A stretch of 64,000 nt of DNA from an uncultured delta proteobacterium (GTDB taxonomy: Bacteria > Myxococcota_A > UBA9160 > SMWR01). The number at the start of each line of letters is the position of its first letter. Position 1 is the stretch's first letter. A program made the translations under genes and the position numbers. Positions 40,483 through 49,706 of the stretch are shown piece after piece. Below the pieces are notes generated by a model. That model was given only the letters and a program-made list of their open reading frames with translations. It was not told where the DNA came from and did no database searches. The DNA lies in assembly GCA_963832165.1 (NCBI GenBank), contig CAWHTE010000001.1:64001-128000 (forward strand), in the 5' to 3' direction.

Positions 40483-41777
40483 GGAAGCGGATAGCCGTCG
40501 GCCTGGGCCAGGATCCGCTCGCGCACGTGCTCGGGATCCACCGACGCGAGCTGGGTGTTCTCGCGCGCGGCGAGCGCGGCGGCGATGCCGATCGCCTCGC
40601 CCGTGGCGAGCGCCGTGCCGATCACGCGCAGCGCCCCGAGCGCCTCGTGAGTGGCGGACAAACAGCGACCCGCCATCCCCAGCATCGGGGCGCTCTTCGA
40701 GACGAGCGCGCCGAGCGGCACCGAGCACGGACCCTGTGGATACTCGTAACGCGGGCGGCGGTGATCTTCCCAGAGCTCGATCGGCCACGAGGACAGCGCG
40801 ACCTCTTCGCGAAAGCGCCGGCCCTCGAGCACGTCCTCGCGCGACAGCTCGATGCGTCCGATCGCGCGGCGCGTCTCGCGGATCCCGACGCGCGCGGGCC
40901 AGTCGGCGACGCGCGCGGCGGCGAACCCGGGCCGCGACGTGCGCAGGAACCCCACCACCTGCCGCGCCCAGTCGTACGCGCGCACGCGCAGCGCGGCGAG
41001 ATAGTCGGGATCGAGCGGCTCGAACGGCCGGCCTGCGAGCGGCGGAATCGTGAGCGTCGCGTAGAGCGAGCCGGGACGGACGTCGCCGCGCACCACGAGC
41101 GACTCGCATTCGGGCGGGAGCCCGCCGCTACGAGCTGCGTGCGCCACCGACGACGACAGGCGCAGCCGCTCGAAACCTGCGAACGCCTCGCCCACCACGC
41201 CCTCGAGCCGGAAGATGAACGACGGGCGCTGCAGGATCCTGCCCTCGGCCATCGCGGTTTCGGCGCCGCCGAGCGATGCCGCGGCCGCTTCGCCGCTCGT
41301 GTCGATCACCACGCGCGCCTCGAGCGCGTCGGTGCCCGAGGGCCCGCGCAGCGAGAGCTGCGACGCGCGCCGCGAGCTCTGCGCGAGCTCGGCGCCGACC
41401 AGTGCCGTGCGCGTGCGCACGATCAGGCCCGGCGTCTTTGCGCACGTCTGCGCGGCGAGCTCCGCGAACACGGGCGGGCGGATCGGCAGATAGCGCACGC
41501 GTCCCGCGACCTCGGGGTCGCCGGCACCGCCCGCGCGCGCGAGCGCCTCGGCAAAGCGCGAGGGCAGGCCGGGATGGATGAGCTGCGGATAGTCGGTGTC
41601 CTGGAGGTAGAGGCCGCAGATCGTGTGTACGAGCGCGTGGGTAGCGTTGCCGCCCAGCGCGGGATCGCGCTCGACGAGCACCGTCGCCGCGCCCGACGCG
41701 GAAGCCGCGAGCGCCGCGGCGATGCCGGCGGGCCCGCCGCCCACCACGGCCACATCGCAGTGTGCTGCGCCCGTCAA
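40479..41777 (-). CDS. FAD-dependent oxidoreductase (FAD_oxidored family)
   Basis: VVGGGPAG, LGGNAT, GIRETRR, AGRCLSATHEA..RVIGTALATGEA; TTGA overlap. Confidence 0.88.
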   Translation of the reverse strand: MTGAAHCDVAVVGGGPAGIAAALAASASGAATVLVERDPALGGNATHALVHTICGLYLQDTDYPQLIHPGLPSRFAEALARAGGAGDPEVAGRVRYLPIRPPVFAELAAQTCAKTPGLIVRTRTALVGAELAQSSRRASQLSLRGPSGTDALEARVVIDTSGEAAAASLGGAETAMAEGRILQRPSFIFRLEGVVGEAFAGFERLRLSSSVAHAARSGGLPPECESLVVRGDVRPGSLYATLTIPPLAGRPFEPLDPDYLAALRVRAYDWARQVVGFLRTSRPGFAAARVADWPARVGIRETRRAIGRIELSREDVLEGRRFREEVALSSWPIELWEDHRRPRYEYPQGPCSVPLGALVSKSAPMLGMAGRCLSATHEALGALRVIGTALATGEAIGIAAALAARENTQLASVDPEHVRERILAQADGYPLP

Positions 41778-43132
41778 CCGAGCAGATCCGCTGCGAGCTG
41801 ATCGCGAAACACCTCGAGCTCGCCGGGTCGCCACGCATCGCGCTGACGCACATGCGTGTAGCCGACGCGGCCCGCGTGGAACGCGAGCACGAGCGCGCTG
41901 CCGGGCGACGCCGGAACCGAGGGCACGCCGAAGCCGTCTTCGATCGGAGCCCCGAAGAAGCTCTCGAGCCCGGGACAGAACTCGCCCGTGTATGCGAAGA
42001 AGAACGAGCACAGCTCGCCGCCGAGCGGGCGGCGCGCGAGGGTCCCGTACAAGCGGCTCGGCGCGAGACGCGCGAAGTCCATCGCCGCGACCCCGTTCTC
42101 GATCTGGCCGCTTCGGATCGCGCGCCGGCGCTGCTCCTTGAGCTCCCCGAGCAGCGCAGCGAGATCGTCGACGCACGGGGTCGGTACCTGGAACCAGAGC
42201 AGCGACACGCGCGTGCGGAAGATCGCGCCGTCGCTGCCCTTGGGCCGCAGATTCACGGGCAGCGGCACGACGTAGCTCGCCGGCACCGTTCCGCGCCGGC
42301 GCATCACGGCGTGGTGTGCGCGGATCGCCGCGCCCAGATAGAAGATCATCGGCGTGAGGAAGCCCGCGAGCTCACGCGCGCGCTTCAGGATCTGCACGCT
42401 GTCGGCGCGGCTCATGTGATGGCGCGAAACCGTGAGGTCCTGGCGCGCGCCGTGTTCGGGTCCCGCCGGTGAGCACACGGGCAGGCGTCCGAGCCCGTTC
42501 ATCCAGCGCTGCCACTCCATGGCCATGTTGCCGCGCTCGCTCGAGCGTTCGGGCAGCTCGACGTCGGGCGGCGCACCGGGCCGATCGGCCGCGGGCACCG
42601 CATCGGGTGCGCGCGTGCCCGCACCGCACTCGGCCAGGAACTCGACGAAACGCTCGCTGCCCCAGCCGTCGAAGAGCATGTGCAGCCACGTGAGTGCGAG
42701 ATCGGTGTGGCCGTTCGCATAACGCACGGCGTCTGCGCGCAGGAGGCCCGCGCGGCCATCGGGGTGCAGCTCGTTCAGCCGCTCGGAAAAGAGCTCCGGG
42801 AGCACGGCGGGGGCATCCCAATCGCCCGGAGGCGCGCCGCGCGACTCGTGCAGCTCGAACGTGGGTCCGGCCGCGCGCGCGGCGAGATCGAGTCGATACT
42901 CGGCGAGTCCGACGACCGCACGGCGGCGGATCGGCGCTCGCAGGATCGGGTTCGCCTCCACCACCTCGCGCAGAACGCGCTCGAACGTGTCGGGCGCGAA
43001 GCCGGGACCGAGCCGGAGCACGATCTGGGACAGATGATTGGCGCGGTTCCGGCGCCGCGTCTCGGCGTCGAACGCGAGCAGGAAGGCGTCGGCCCCGGTC
43101 AACGGGAGCCGGTCATTCGCCGCGCGAAACAT
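41774..43132 (-). CDS. Stand-alone condensation-domain-like / CoA-dependent acyltransferase
   Basis: WLHMLFDGWG (variant of HHxxxDG), NPILRA, LPVNLRP. Confidence 0.75.
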   Translation of the reverse strand: MFRAANDRLPLTGADAFLLAFDAETRRRNRANHLSQIVLRLGPGFAPDTFERVLREVVEANPILRAPIRRRAVVGLAEYRLDLAARAAGPTFELHESRGAPPGDWDAPAVLPELFSERLNELHPDGRAGLLRADAVRYANGHTDLALTWLHMLFDGWGSERFVEFLAECGAGTRAPDAVPAADRPGAPPDVELPERSSERGNMAMEWQRWMNGLGRLPVCSPAGPEHGARQDLTVSRHHMSRADSVQILKRARELAGFLTPMIFYLGAAIRAHHAVMRRRGTVPASYVVPLPVNLRPKGSDGAIFRTRVSLLWFQVPTPCVDDLAALLGELKEQRRRAIRSGQIENGVAAMDFARLAPSRLYGTLARRPLGGELCSFFFAYTGEFCPGLESFFGAPIEDGFGVPSVPASPGSALVLAFHAGRVGYTHVRQRDAWRPGELEVFRDQLAADLLG

Positions 43133-43382
43133 ACTCGTGGATCGAGGCGGCCAGCGTCTCGGCCGTCTCCAGATTCTCCGGGGTGAGCAGGCTCTCGTCG
43201 GCCCAGACGCCGGTGGCCTCTTCGATCGCGAGCATGAGCTGGGTGACGGCGAGCGAGTCGAGCCCCGACTCGATCAGGTTCGATTTCGGCGTGAGATCGG
43301 GCGCCGACGCGAGCAGATCGTCGCGCAGGATCCGATGGATCAGATCCGTGAGCTTCTCGCGTGTCCAGCCGTTCACACTCAT
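43113..43382 (-). CDS. Acyl/peptidyl carrier protein no. 2
   Basis: NLIESGLDSLAV phosphopantetheine site; LTPENLET. Confidence 0.9.
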   Translation of the reverse strand: MSVNGWTREKLTDLIHRILRDDLLASAPDLTPKSNLIESGLDSLAVTQLMLAIEEATGVWADESLLTPENLETAETLAASIHEYVSRGE

Positions 43383-43394
43383 CCCGAAAGCAAT

Positions 43395-43468
43395 GTAGGC
43401 GAGCGCTGGATCGGTTGCAGGGTGCAAGCGGCCGAAGGCCGCGCGCAGCGAGGCGAAGCCGAGCGAAG
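43395..43468 (+). repeat. Copy of the second repeat family in a divergent intergenic region
   Basis: GCGCAGCGAG-GCGAAGC-CGAGCG at 43443-43465, with GTAGGCGAGCG and GCGGCCGAAGGCCGC upstream. Confidence 0.6.
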
Positions 43469-43496
43469 ACCAGAAGGCGTGCACTATGCTGCCGTC

Positions 43497-44753
43497 GTGC
43501 CCCGACACGTGGCGATCCTGGGGGCGGGCCCTGCAGGCGCCTCGCTCGCGGCCTATCTGGCGCGTCACCGCGCGCGCCGCGGCGGAGCTCCCGAGTTCGA
43601 GGTCACGCTCTTCGACGGCGGTACGCGGCCGCCGATCGTCGTCGGCGAATCGCTCGTGCCCGCGGTAGTGCCGTTCCTCCAGCGACTCGGGATCGAGGAG
43701 GAGGTGGCGTCCTACTCCACCTTGAAGCCGGGCGCGACCTTCCGCTTCGGCCTCGAAGACGTGCTCATGTTCCGCTTCAACGAGGTGCGCGGCGCGCGAA
43801 CCACGTACTCCTACAACGTGCCGCGCGATCGCTTCGACGCGTCGATCCGCGGTGCCGCACTCGCAGCGGGGGCGCGCCTGGTAACGCAGAACGCGCGCGT
43901 CGAGCGCGACGGATCGGGCGAGCGCGTGCGGCTCGCGGACGCGAGCCTCGCGGCGGCCGGGCTCACGCGCCAGCCGGATTTCATCGTCGACGCAGGCGGC
44001 CGAAACCGGCAGCTCGCGCGGCTGCTCGATCTCCCGGTCGTGCAGGGCGACCGGCGCGACACCGCGCTGCACGCGCACCTCGAGGGCGTGACGCTGATCA
44101 ATCCGGGCGACGTCCACACCGACCGGCTCGAGCACGGCTGGGCGTGGCGGATCCCGCTGCCGGGCCGCGTGTCCGTGGGTCTCGTGATGGACTCATCCGC
44201 GCTGCGCGAGTTCGGCTCCGACGTCGAGGAGCAGTACGACAACTACCTGCGCTACGACCCGCTGCTCTCCGAGTGGGGCGTCACCGCGAAGCGCATCTCG
44301 CCCGTGATCAAGTACACGAACTACCAGCTGCGCCACACGCGCGGCCTCGGTCCGAACTGGGCGCTCGCCGGCGATGCGTTCGGCTTCATCGATCCGGTGT
44401 TCTCGAGCGGTCTCATGATCGCGCTCGACGGCGCGTTGCACCTCGCGCAGGCGCTGATCGCGAACAGCGAGCGCAAGCTGCGCCAGTTCGAGGTGCGCAA
44501 CCTGCGCCAGCTCGAGAACTGGCAGCGCATCGTTTCCTACTTCTACAACGGGCGGCTCTTCACGCTGTTCAAGATCGGCGAGGAGATGAGCGAGCGCTGG
44601 CTCGGCCGGATGACCGACTTCCACTTCCGCCGCCACTTCCCGCGTGTCGTCACGGGCGAGGCCACCACCCACGCCTACAGCATGGGTCTGCTCGACTTCA
44701 TGGTGAAATACGCGCTCTGGGACCTCGATCCCAGCGAGCGCGCGGTGCGTTAG
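43497..44753 (+). CDS. Flavin-dependent halogenase-like protein no. 3
   Basis: GAGPAG, VVGESL, STLKPG (putative catalytic Lys), WAWRIP, GDAFGFIDPVFSSG; GTG start inferred. Confidence 0.87.
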   Translation: MPRHVAILGAGPAGASLAAYLARHRARRGGAPEFEVTLFDGGTRPPIVVGESLVPAVVPFLQRLGIEEEVASYSTLKPGATFRFGLEDVLMFRFNEVRGARTTYSYNVPRDRFDASIRGAALAAGARLVTQNARVERDGSGERVRLADASLAAAGLTRQPDFIVDAGGRNRQLARLLDLPVVQGDRRDTALHAHLEGVTLINPGDVHTDRLEHGWAWRIPLPGRVSVGLVMDSSALREFGSDVEEQYDNYLRYDPLLSEWGVTAKRISPVIKYTNYQLRHTRGLGPNWALAGDAFGFIDPVFSSGLMIALDGALHLAQALIANSERKLRQFEVRNLRQLENWQRIVSYFYNGRLFTLFKIGEEMSERWLGRMTDFHFRRHFPRVVTGEATTHAYSMGLLDFMVKYALWDLDPSERAVR

Positions 44754-44760
44754 GCAAGCG

Positions 44761-46284
44761 ATGAGATTCCACGAGGAGGCCGCGCGCGACCGCTACGACG
44801 TGGTCGTGATCGGCAGCGGGCTCGGCGGCCTCACGAGCGCCGCGCTGCTCGCGCGCGCGGGCAAGAGCGTGCTGATCGTCGAACGCCACGACCGCGCGGG
44901 CGGCTATGCGCACGCGTTCCGGCGCCGCGGCTACCGCTTCGACTCCGCGGTGCACCTCGTCTCGGGCTGCGAGCCGGTGCCGTTCGAGGGCGGCGGCGTG
45001 CTGCACGACCTGCTCAGCACGCTCGGCGTGCGCGACCGCTGCGAGTTCGTGCGCGTCGACCCGTGCTACCGCGTCGAGTGGCCCGGCATGACGCTCGACG
45101 CGCCTTGCGAGCTCGAGCGCTTCGTCGAAGCGCACGCCGAGCGCTTCCCGCGCGAGGAGAAGGGGATCCGCGGCTTCCTCGAGGACTGTCTCACGATCCG
45201 CGGCGAGGCGAGCCGCGCCGAGGAGCAGGCCGGCTCGGGCCCGCTCGCGCGTCCCGAGCGCTATCCACTGCTCCTGCGCTATCGGCGCGCCACGCTCGCG
45301 CAGGCGCTCGAGGCGCGCGTCGAAGATCCCGCCGCGCGCGCGGCGCTCGCCGCGCTGTGGCCCTACCTCGGGCTGCCGCCCTCGCGCGTATCGTTCCTCT
45401 ACTTCGCGACCATGCTCACGAGCTACGTCGCCGACGGCGCCTACTACTGCCGCGGATCGTTCCAGGCGTTTGCCGACGCGCTCGTGGCCGCCGCGGTCGG
45501 CGCGGGCGGCGAGCTCTTGTTGCGCGCACCCGTGCGGCGGATCCTCGTGGAGCAGGGCCGCGCGGTGGGCGTGCTGCTCGAGAACGGACAGCACGTGCGC
45601 GCTCCGTGCGTGATCTCGAACGCCGACGCGCGCCAGACGATCGACGAGCTGTGCGGCGCGGAGCACTTCCCCGCGCGCTACGTCGCGCGCCTGCACTCGG
45701 CGCAGCGCTCGATCTCCGCGTTCGTCGTGTACGCGGCGACCTCGCTCGATCTCGCCGCGGCCGACCTCGCGCACGAGACGTTCGTGTACCGGAGCCCGGA
45801 CCACGAGGCCGCGCACGCGAGCGGCGTCACGGGCGAGCCGAGCTGGTTCTCGCTCACGGTGCCGACGCTGGTCGATCCCTCGCTCGCGCCGCCCGGACAG
45901 CACCTGCTCGTGCTCACGACGCTCGTCGGCGCGCAGCAGGGCGTGCCGTGGCGCGACCTCAAGGCGGCGCGCACCGAGGCGCTGCTGCGCCGCGCCGAGC
46001 GGCGGCTGCCGGGGCTGCGCGCGTCGCTGCGGCTCGCGGAGGCGGCCACGCCGCGCACGATGGAGCGCTACACGCGCAACAGCGACGGCGCGATCTACGG
46101 CTTCGACGTCACGCCCGCACAGGTCGGGCCGGGCCGGCTCGACAACCGCACGCCGCTTCCGGGCCTCTATCTCGCCGGCCACTGGACGCGCCCGGGCGGC
46201 GGCGTCGCGGGCGTCGTGCGCTCGGGACTTCGCACGGCGGGGCTCGTGCTCGGCGGGGAATCGAGCCCGTACGCGGCCCCGTAG
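44761..46284 (+). CDS. Phytoene desaturase / retinol saturase-like FAD oxidoreductase
   Basis: IGSGLGGL, RAGGY, ATPRTMERYT..GAIYG, GLYLAGHWTRPGGG. Confidence 0.9.
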   Translation: MRFHEEAARDRYDVVVIGSGLGGLTSAALLARAGKSVLIVERHDRAGGYAHAFRRRGYRFDSAVHLVSGCEPVPFEGGGVLHDLLSTLGVRDRCEFVRVDPCYRVEWPGMTLDAPCELERFVEAHAERFPREEKGIRGFLEDCLTIRGEASRAEEQAGSGPLARPERYPLLLRYRRATLAQALEARVEDPAARAALAALWPYLGLPPSRVSFLYFATMLTSYVADGAYYCRGSFQAFADALVAAAVGAGGELLLRAPVRRILVEQGRAVGVLLENGQHVRAPCVISNADARQTIDELCGAEHFPARYVARLHSAQRSISAFVVYAATSLDLAAADLAHETFVYRSPDHEAAHASGVTGEPSWFSLTVPTLVDPSLAPPGQHLLVLTTLVGAQQGVPWRDLKAARTEALLRRAERRLPGLRASLRLAEAATPRTMERYTRNSDGAIYGFDVTPAQVGPGRLDNRTPLPGLYLAGHWTRPGGGVAGVVRSGLRTAGLVLGGESSPYAAP

Positions 46285-46386
46285 CCGCGGGTTTCCCGCT
46301 ATTGCCGCAATGAGATACGCTGCGCCCCGGTCGGCGCGCCCGCGGCGCCGGAACCAACGAACGATCAACCCTGGGGGAGGGAAGAG

Positions 46387-46836
46387 ATGATGGTGATCCG
46401 ACTTTCGAACACGCTTGCCGCCGGTCTCGCCGCAATGGGACTCGTGCTGGGCTCGGGCGCGCTGCTCTCCGGCTGCAAGTCGAGCGAGGCTGGTGCGCCG
46501 GCACAAGCGACGCCCGCCGCCGAGAAGCCGGCTGCGCCCGCGAAGGCCGAGCCCTCGAAGGCCACGACGGCGCCGGCACCCTCGGGCAGCCCGCTCTCGA
46601 AGGTCGCCACGAACATGTCGCCCGAGCAGGTGCAGGAGGTCATGGGATCGCCGACCGGTCAGGCGAGCTACCCCACGGGCAAGACTTTCAATCCCTACAA
46701 CTTCGGGAACGACAGCGGCAACCGCGTCGAGTACAAATACAAGGGTGAGGGCCGCGTCGTCTTCGCCGTTCCGAAGTGGGGAGGCAACATGAAGGTGGTG
46801 CGCGTCGATTACGACCCGGCTGAAGACGGCAACTGA
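46387..46836 (+). CDS. Lipoprotein with SmpA/BamE-like domain
   Basis: Lipobox LSGC, Pro/Ala linker, NMSPEQVQEVMGSP. Confidence 0.75.
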   Translation: MMVIRLSNTLAAGLAAMGLVLGSGALLSGCKSSEAGAPAQATPAAEKPAAPAKAEPSKATTAPAPSGSPLSKVATNMSPEQVQEVMGSPTGQASYPTGKTFNPYNFGNDSGNRVEYKYKGEGRVVFAVPKWGGNMKVVRVDYDPAEDGN

Positions 46837-46856
46837 GCTTCGGCGCCCCCCCGCCG

Positions 46857-48408
46857 ATGACGGCCCAGCCCACCCCCGGCTTCGGGGAAGATGCGTCCCG
46901 GGAGGTGATCCCGATCGGGTTCGCGTCGCTCTCCGCGGCCGACGTCGTGGCGATCGCGCGCGACGGTGCACGCCTCGAGCTCGAGCGCGATCCGGCCTAT
47001 CGCGCGCGGCTCGAGGCCGGGCGCGTCGCGCTCGAAGCGGCGCTGCGCAAAGGGGTCGCGGTCTACGGCGTGACGACGGGCGTCGGCGCTTCGCAGGGCC
47101 GCGAGGTGCCCGAGTCGGAGCGCAAGCTCGTCACGCAGAACCTGCTGCGCTTCCACGGCTGCGGCACGGGCCGCATCCTCGACCGAGAGGAATCGGCCGC
47201 GGTCGTGGTGGCGCGGCTGGTGTCGCTCGCGCGCGGCTATTCGGGCGTGCGGCCCGTCGTGCTCGAGCGCCTGGTCGAGCTCGTGAATCGCCGCATCCTG
47301 CCGCGGATCCCCGAAGAGGGGTCGGTCGGCGCGAGCGGCGATCTCACGCCGCTCTCCTACGTCGCGGCGCTGCTCGTCGGCGAGCGCGAGGCGCTCGTGG
47401 GCGGGGAAGTCGTGGACGCCGTCGGATGCGCTCGCGCGCGCGGGGCTCGAGCCGCTCGAGCTCGAGCCCAAGGAGAGCCTCGCGCTCATGAACGGCACGA
47501 GCGTGATGACCGCGCTCGCGTGCCTCTCCGTGGAGCGCGCGGCGCGCCTCGCGCGCTGGGCGTGCTCGATCACCGCGATGACGGTGCGCGCGATCGCGGG
47601 CAACCCGCGCCACTTCGAGCGCGCGATCTTCGAGCTCAAGCCGCACCCGGGCACGCGGCGCGCGGCCGAGTGGATCCGCGAGGACCTCGAGCCGATCGCA
47701 GGGCTGCGCCCCGTTCGGCTGCAGGACGTCTACTCGGTGCGCTGCGCGCCGCACGTGATCGGGGTGCTGCTCGATGCGCTCGCGTTCGCGCGGCAGGTGG
47801 TCGAGATCGAGCTCAACAGCGTGAACGACAACCCGATCGTCGATCCCGACACGGGCGCGGTGCTCCACGGCGGAAACTTCTACGGCGGTCACGTCGCGTT
47901 CGCGATGGACGGGCTCAAGAGCGCGGTGGCGAGCGTCGCCGATCTGCTCGATCGCCAGATGCAGCTCTTGTGCGCTCCGTCGACGAGTGGCGGGCTGCCC
48001 GAGAATCTGTCGCCGAACGGCGGCGGCAATCACGGCTTCAAGGCGATGGGCATCTCCACCTCGGCGCTCACGGCCGAGGCGCTCAAGCTCACGATGCCCG
48101 CGGCATCGTTCTCGCGCAGCACCGAATCGAACAACCAGGACAAGGTCAGCATGGGCACGATCGCCGCGCGCGACTGCCGGCGGATCCTCGAGCTCTCCGA
48201 GACGGTGGCCGCGATCGTGTTGCTCGCCGACTGCCAGGGGCTCGAGCTGCGCGGCGACGCGGGCGGCGGGCGCACGCGCGAGCTGCGCGAGCTGGTGCGC
48301 CGCTCCGTGCCCGCGCTCGCGGCCGATCGCCGCCAGGACCACGACATCGAGAGCGTGCTCGCGCGCTACCGCGCGGGAGAGCTGCGCATCGACGCGTCGC
48401 TGGTATAG
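46857..48408 (+). CDS. MIO-dependent aromatic amino acid ammonia-lyase (HAL/PAL/TAL family), frameshift ~47421
   Basis: VYGVTTG, SVGASGDL (MIO), NGTS, QDVYSVRC, NDNP, GGNF, NQDKVSMG. Confidence 0.93.
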
Positions 48409-48410
48409 GG

Positions 48411-48863
48411 ATGGCCCCGCGAGCGGCAGTGGCCGCCGCGCGTCGCGACGTCGCCGGGGTGCGACTCCACGAAACGCGCGTGGAGCTCGACGTTCCGTTC
48501 CACCACGTCGACGCGCTCGGGATCGTCTGGCACGGGCACTATCCGAAGTACTTCGAGGCGGCGGGCATGGCGCTCCTGCGCAAGCTCACGCTCGACGGCG
48601 GCGATCTGATCGGCGAGCGCTATCGGCTCGTGGTGATCGAGACGGCGTGCCGCCACGGATTCCCGCTGCGCTACGCCGACCGCGTCGCGGTCACGGCCTG
48701 GGTGTCCGAGTTCACGCGGCGCCTCGTGATCCGCTACGAGGTGCGCAACGAGACCCACGGCCGCCGCGCCGCCCACGGCCACACGGCGCTCGCCACGCTC
48801 GACGCGGGCGGGCGCCTCCTGCTCGAGACGCCGGCCGAAATCGTGGCGCGGATCCGCGCGTGA
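48411..48863 (+). CDS. Acyl-CoA thioesterase (4HBT/ApeK-like)
   Basis: VPFHHVDALGIVWHGHYPKYFE. Confidence 0.9.
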   Translation: MAPRAAVAAARRDVAGVRLHETRVELDVPFHHVDALGIVWHGHYPKYFEAAGMALLRKLTLDGGDLIGERYRLVVIETACRHGFPLRYADRVAVTAWVSEFTRRLVIRYEVRNETHGRRAAHGHTALATLDAGGRLLLETPAEIVARIRA

Positions 48864-48896
48864 TCCAGTAGCATCGGTTTTCCGACGGAGGTTTGG

Positions 48897-49661
48897 ATGC
48901 AGACGGCCCCGGGCACACGACGAGATCCCCTGGAAGTTCCGCCGCACTCGCCGCTCACCGAGTATTACGAGCGCGATCGCCAGGAATACGTCGTCGATCT
49001 GTTCAACCGCACCGCGCAGCACTACGACACGATCGAGAGCCTGTTCCTGAAGGGCGGGCTCTGGTATCGGCGCTTCGGGATGAAGCGCGCGGGCATGAAG
49101 CCGGGGATGAAGGTCCTCGACATGGCGACCGGCACGGGCGCGGTCGCGCGCGGCGCCGTGCGCATCGTGGGTCCGACCGGGCGCGTGTTCGGCTGCGACC
49201 CCTCGCCGGGCATGCTCGCTCAGGCCAAGAAGGTGTTCAAAGGGCCGCTCACGCATGGCGTCGGCGATGCGCTGCCGTTCAAGAGCGAGTATTTCGATTT
49301 CGTGACGATGGGCATCGCGCTGCGCCACGTATCGAGCCTCGCGCGCACGTTCGAGGAGTACCTGCGCGTGCTCAAGCCCGGCGGGCGCGCCTGGATCCTC
49401 GAGGGCCACGTGCCGAAGTCGAAGCTCGGCCACAGCGTGACGCGCTTCGTGTGGGCGAAGCTGATCCCGGGCATGACGCTCGTCTCGACGGGCAGCCGCG
49501 AGGCGAAGCTGCTCATGGACTACTACTGGGACACGGTCGAGAAGTGCGTGCCGCCCGAGACGATCGTGGCCGCGATGCGCGATGCGGGATTCGCGAACGT
49601 GAAGTTCGAGGTGGTGGTCCCGGGCGCGTTCTGCGAGTACACGGGCACGAGACCGAAGTAG
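48897..49661 (+). CDS. Class I SAM-dependent methyltransferase (UbiE-like)
   Basis: VLDMATGTG, DPSPGML, LPF, LRVLKPGG. Confidence 0.9.
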   Translation: MQTAPGTRRDPLEVPPHSPLTEYYERDRQEYVVDLFNRTAQHYDTIESLFLKGGLWYRRFGMKRAGMKPGMKVLDMATGTGAVARGAVRIVGPTGRVFGCDPSPGMLAQAKKVFKGPLTHGVGDALPFKSEYFDFVTMGIALRHVSSLARTFEEYLRVLKPGGRAWILEGHVPKSKLGHSVTRFVWAKLIPGMTLVSTGSREAKLLMDYYWDTVEKCVPPETIVAAMRDAGFANVKFEVVVPGAFCEYTGTRPK

Positions 49662-49673
49662 GCTGGCTGTAAC

Positions 49674-49706
49674 GGCGGGATCCGCCTTCGGCTCCTCCCG
49701 CCCTAC
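49674..49706 (-). repeat. GTAG-type REP element
   Basis: Identical to 6336-6368; lies between convergent methyltransferase genes. Confidence 0.85.

Noticed and set aside
44761..46284. Carotenoid biosynthesis inferred from the CrtI-like genes (here and at 15861-17302)
   Set aside because: No phytoene synthase, GGPP synthase or cyclase in the window; COG1233 proteins have many other roles.
46281..46299. GTAGCCGCGGGTTTCCCGC as another REP copy
   Set aside because: Only a 5-bp stem and a poor match to the GTAG(G/A)GCGG consensus.
46857..48863. Apparent ammonia-lyase-thioesterase fusion, plus the similar SDR-LemA (58713-60206) and GT2-dehydratase read-throughs
   Set aside because: Produced by frameshifts: each gene has its own stop and start once the indel is corrected.
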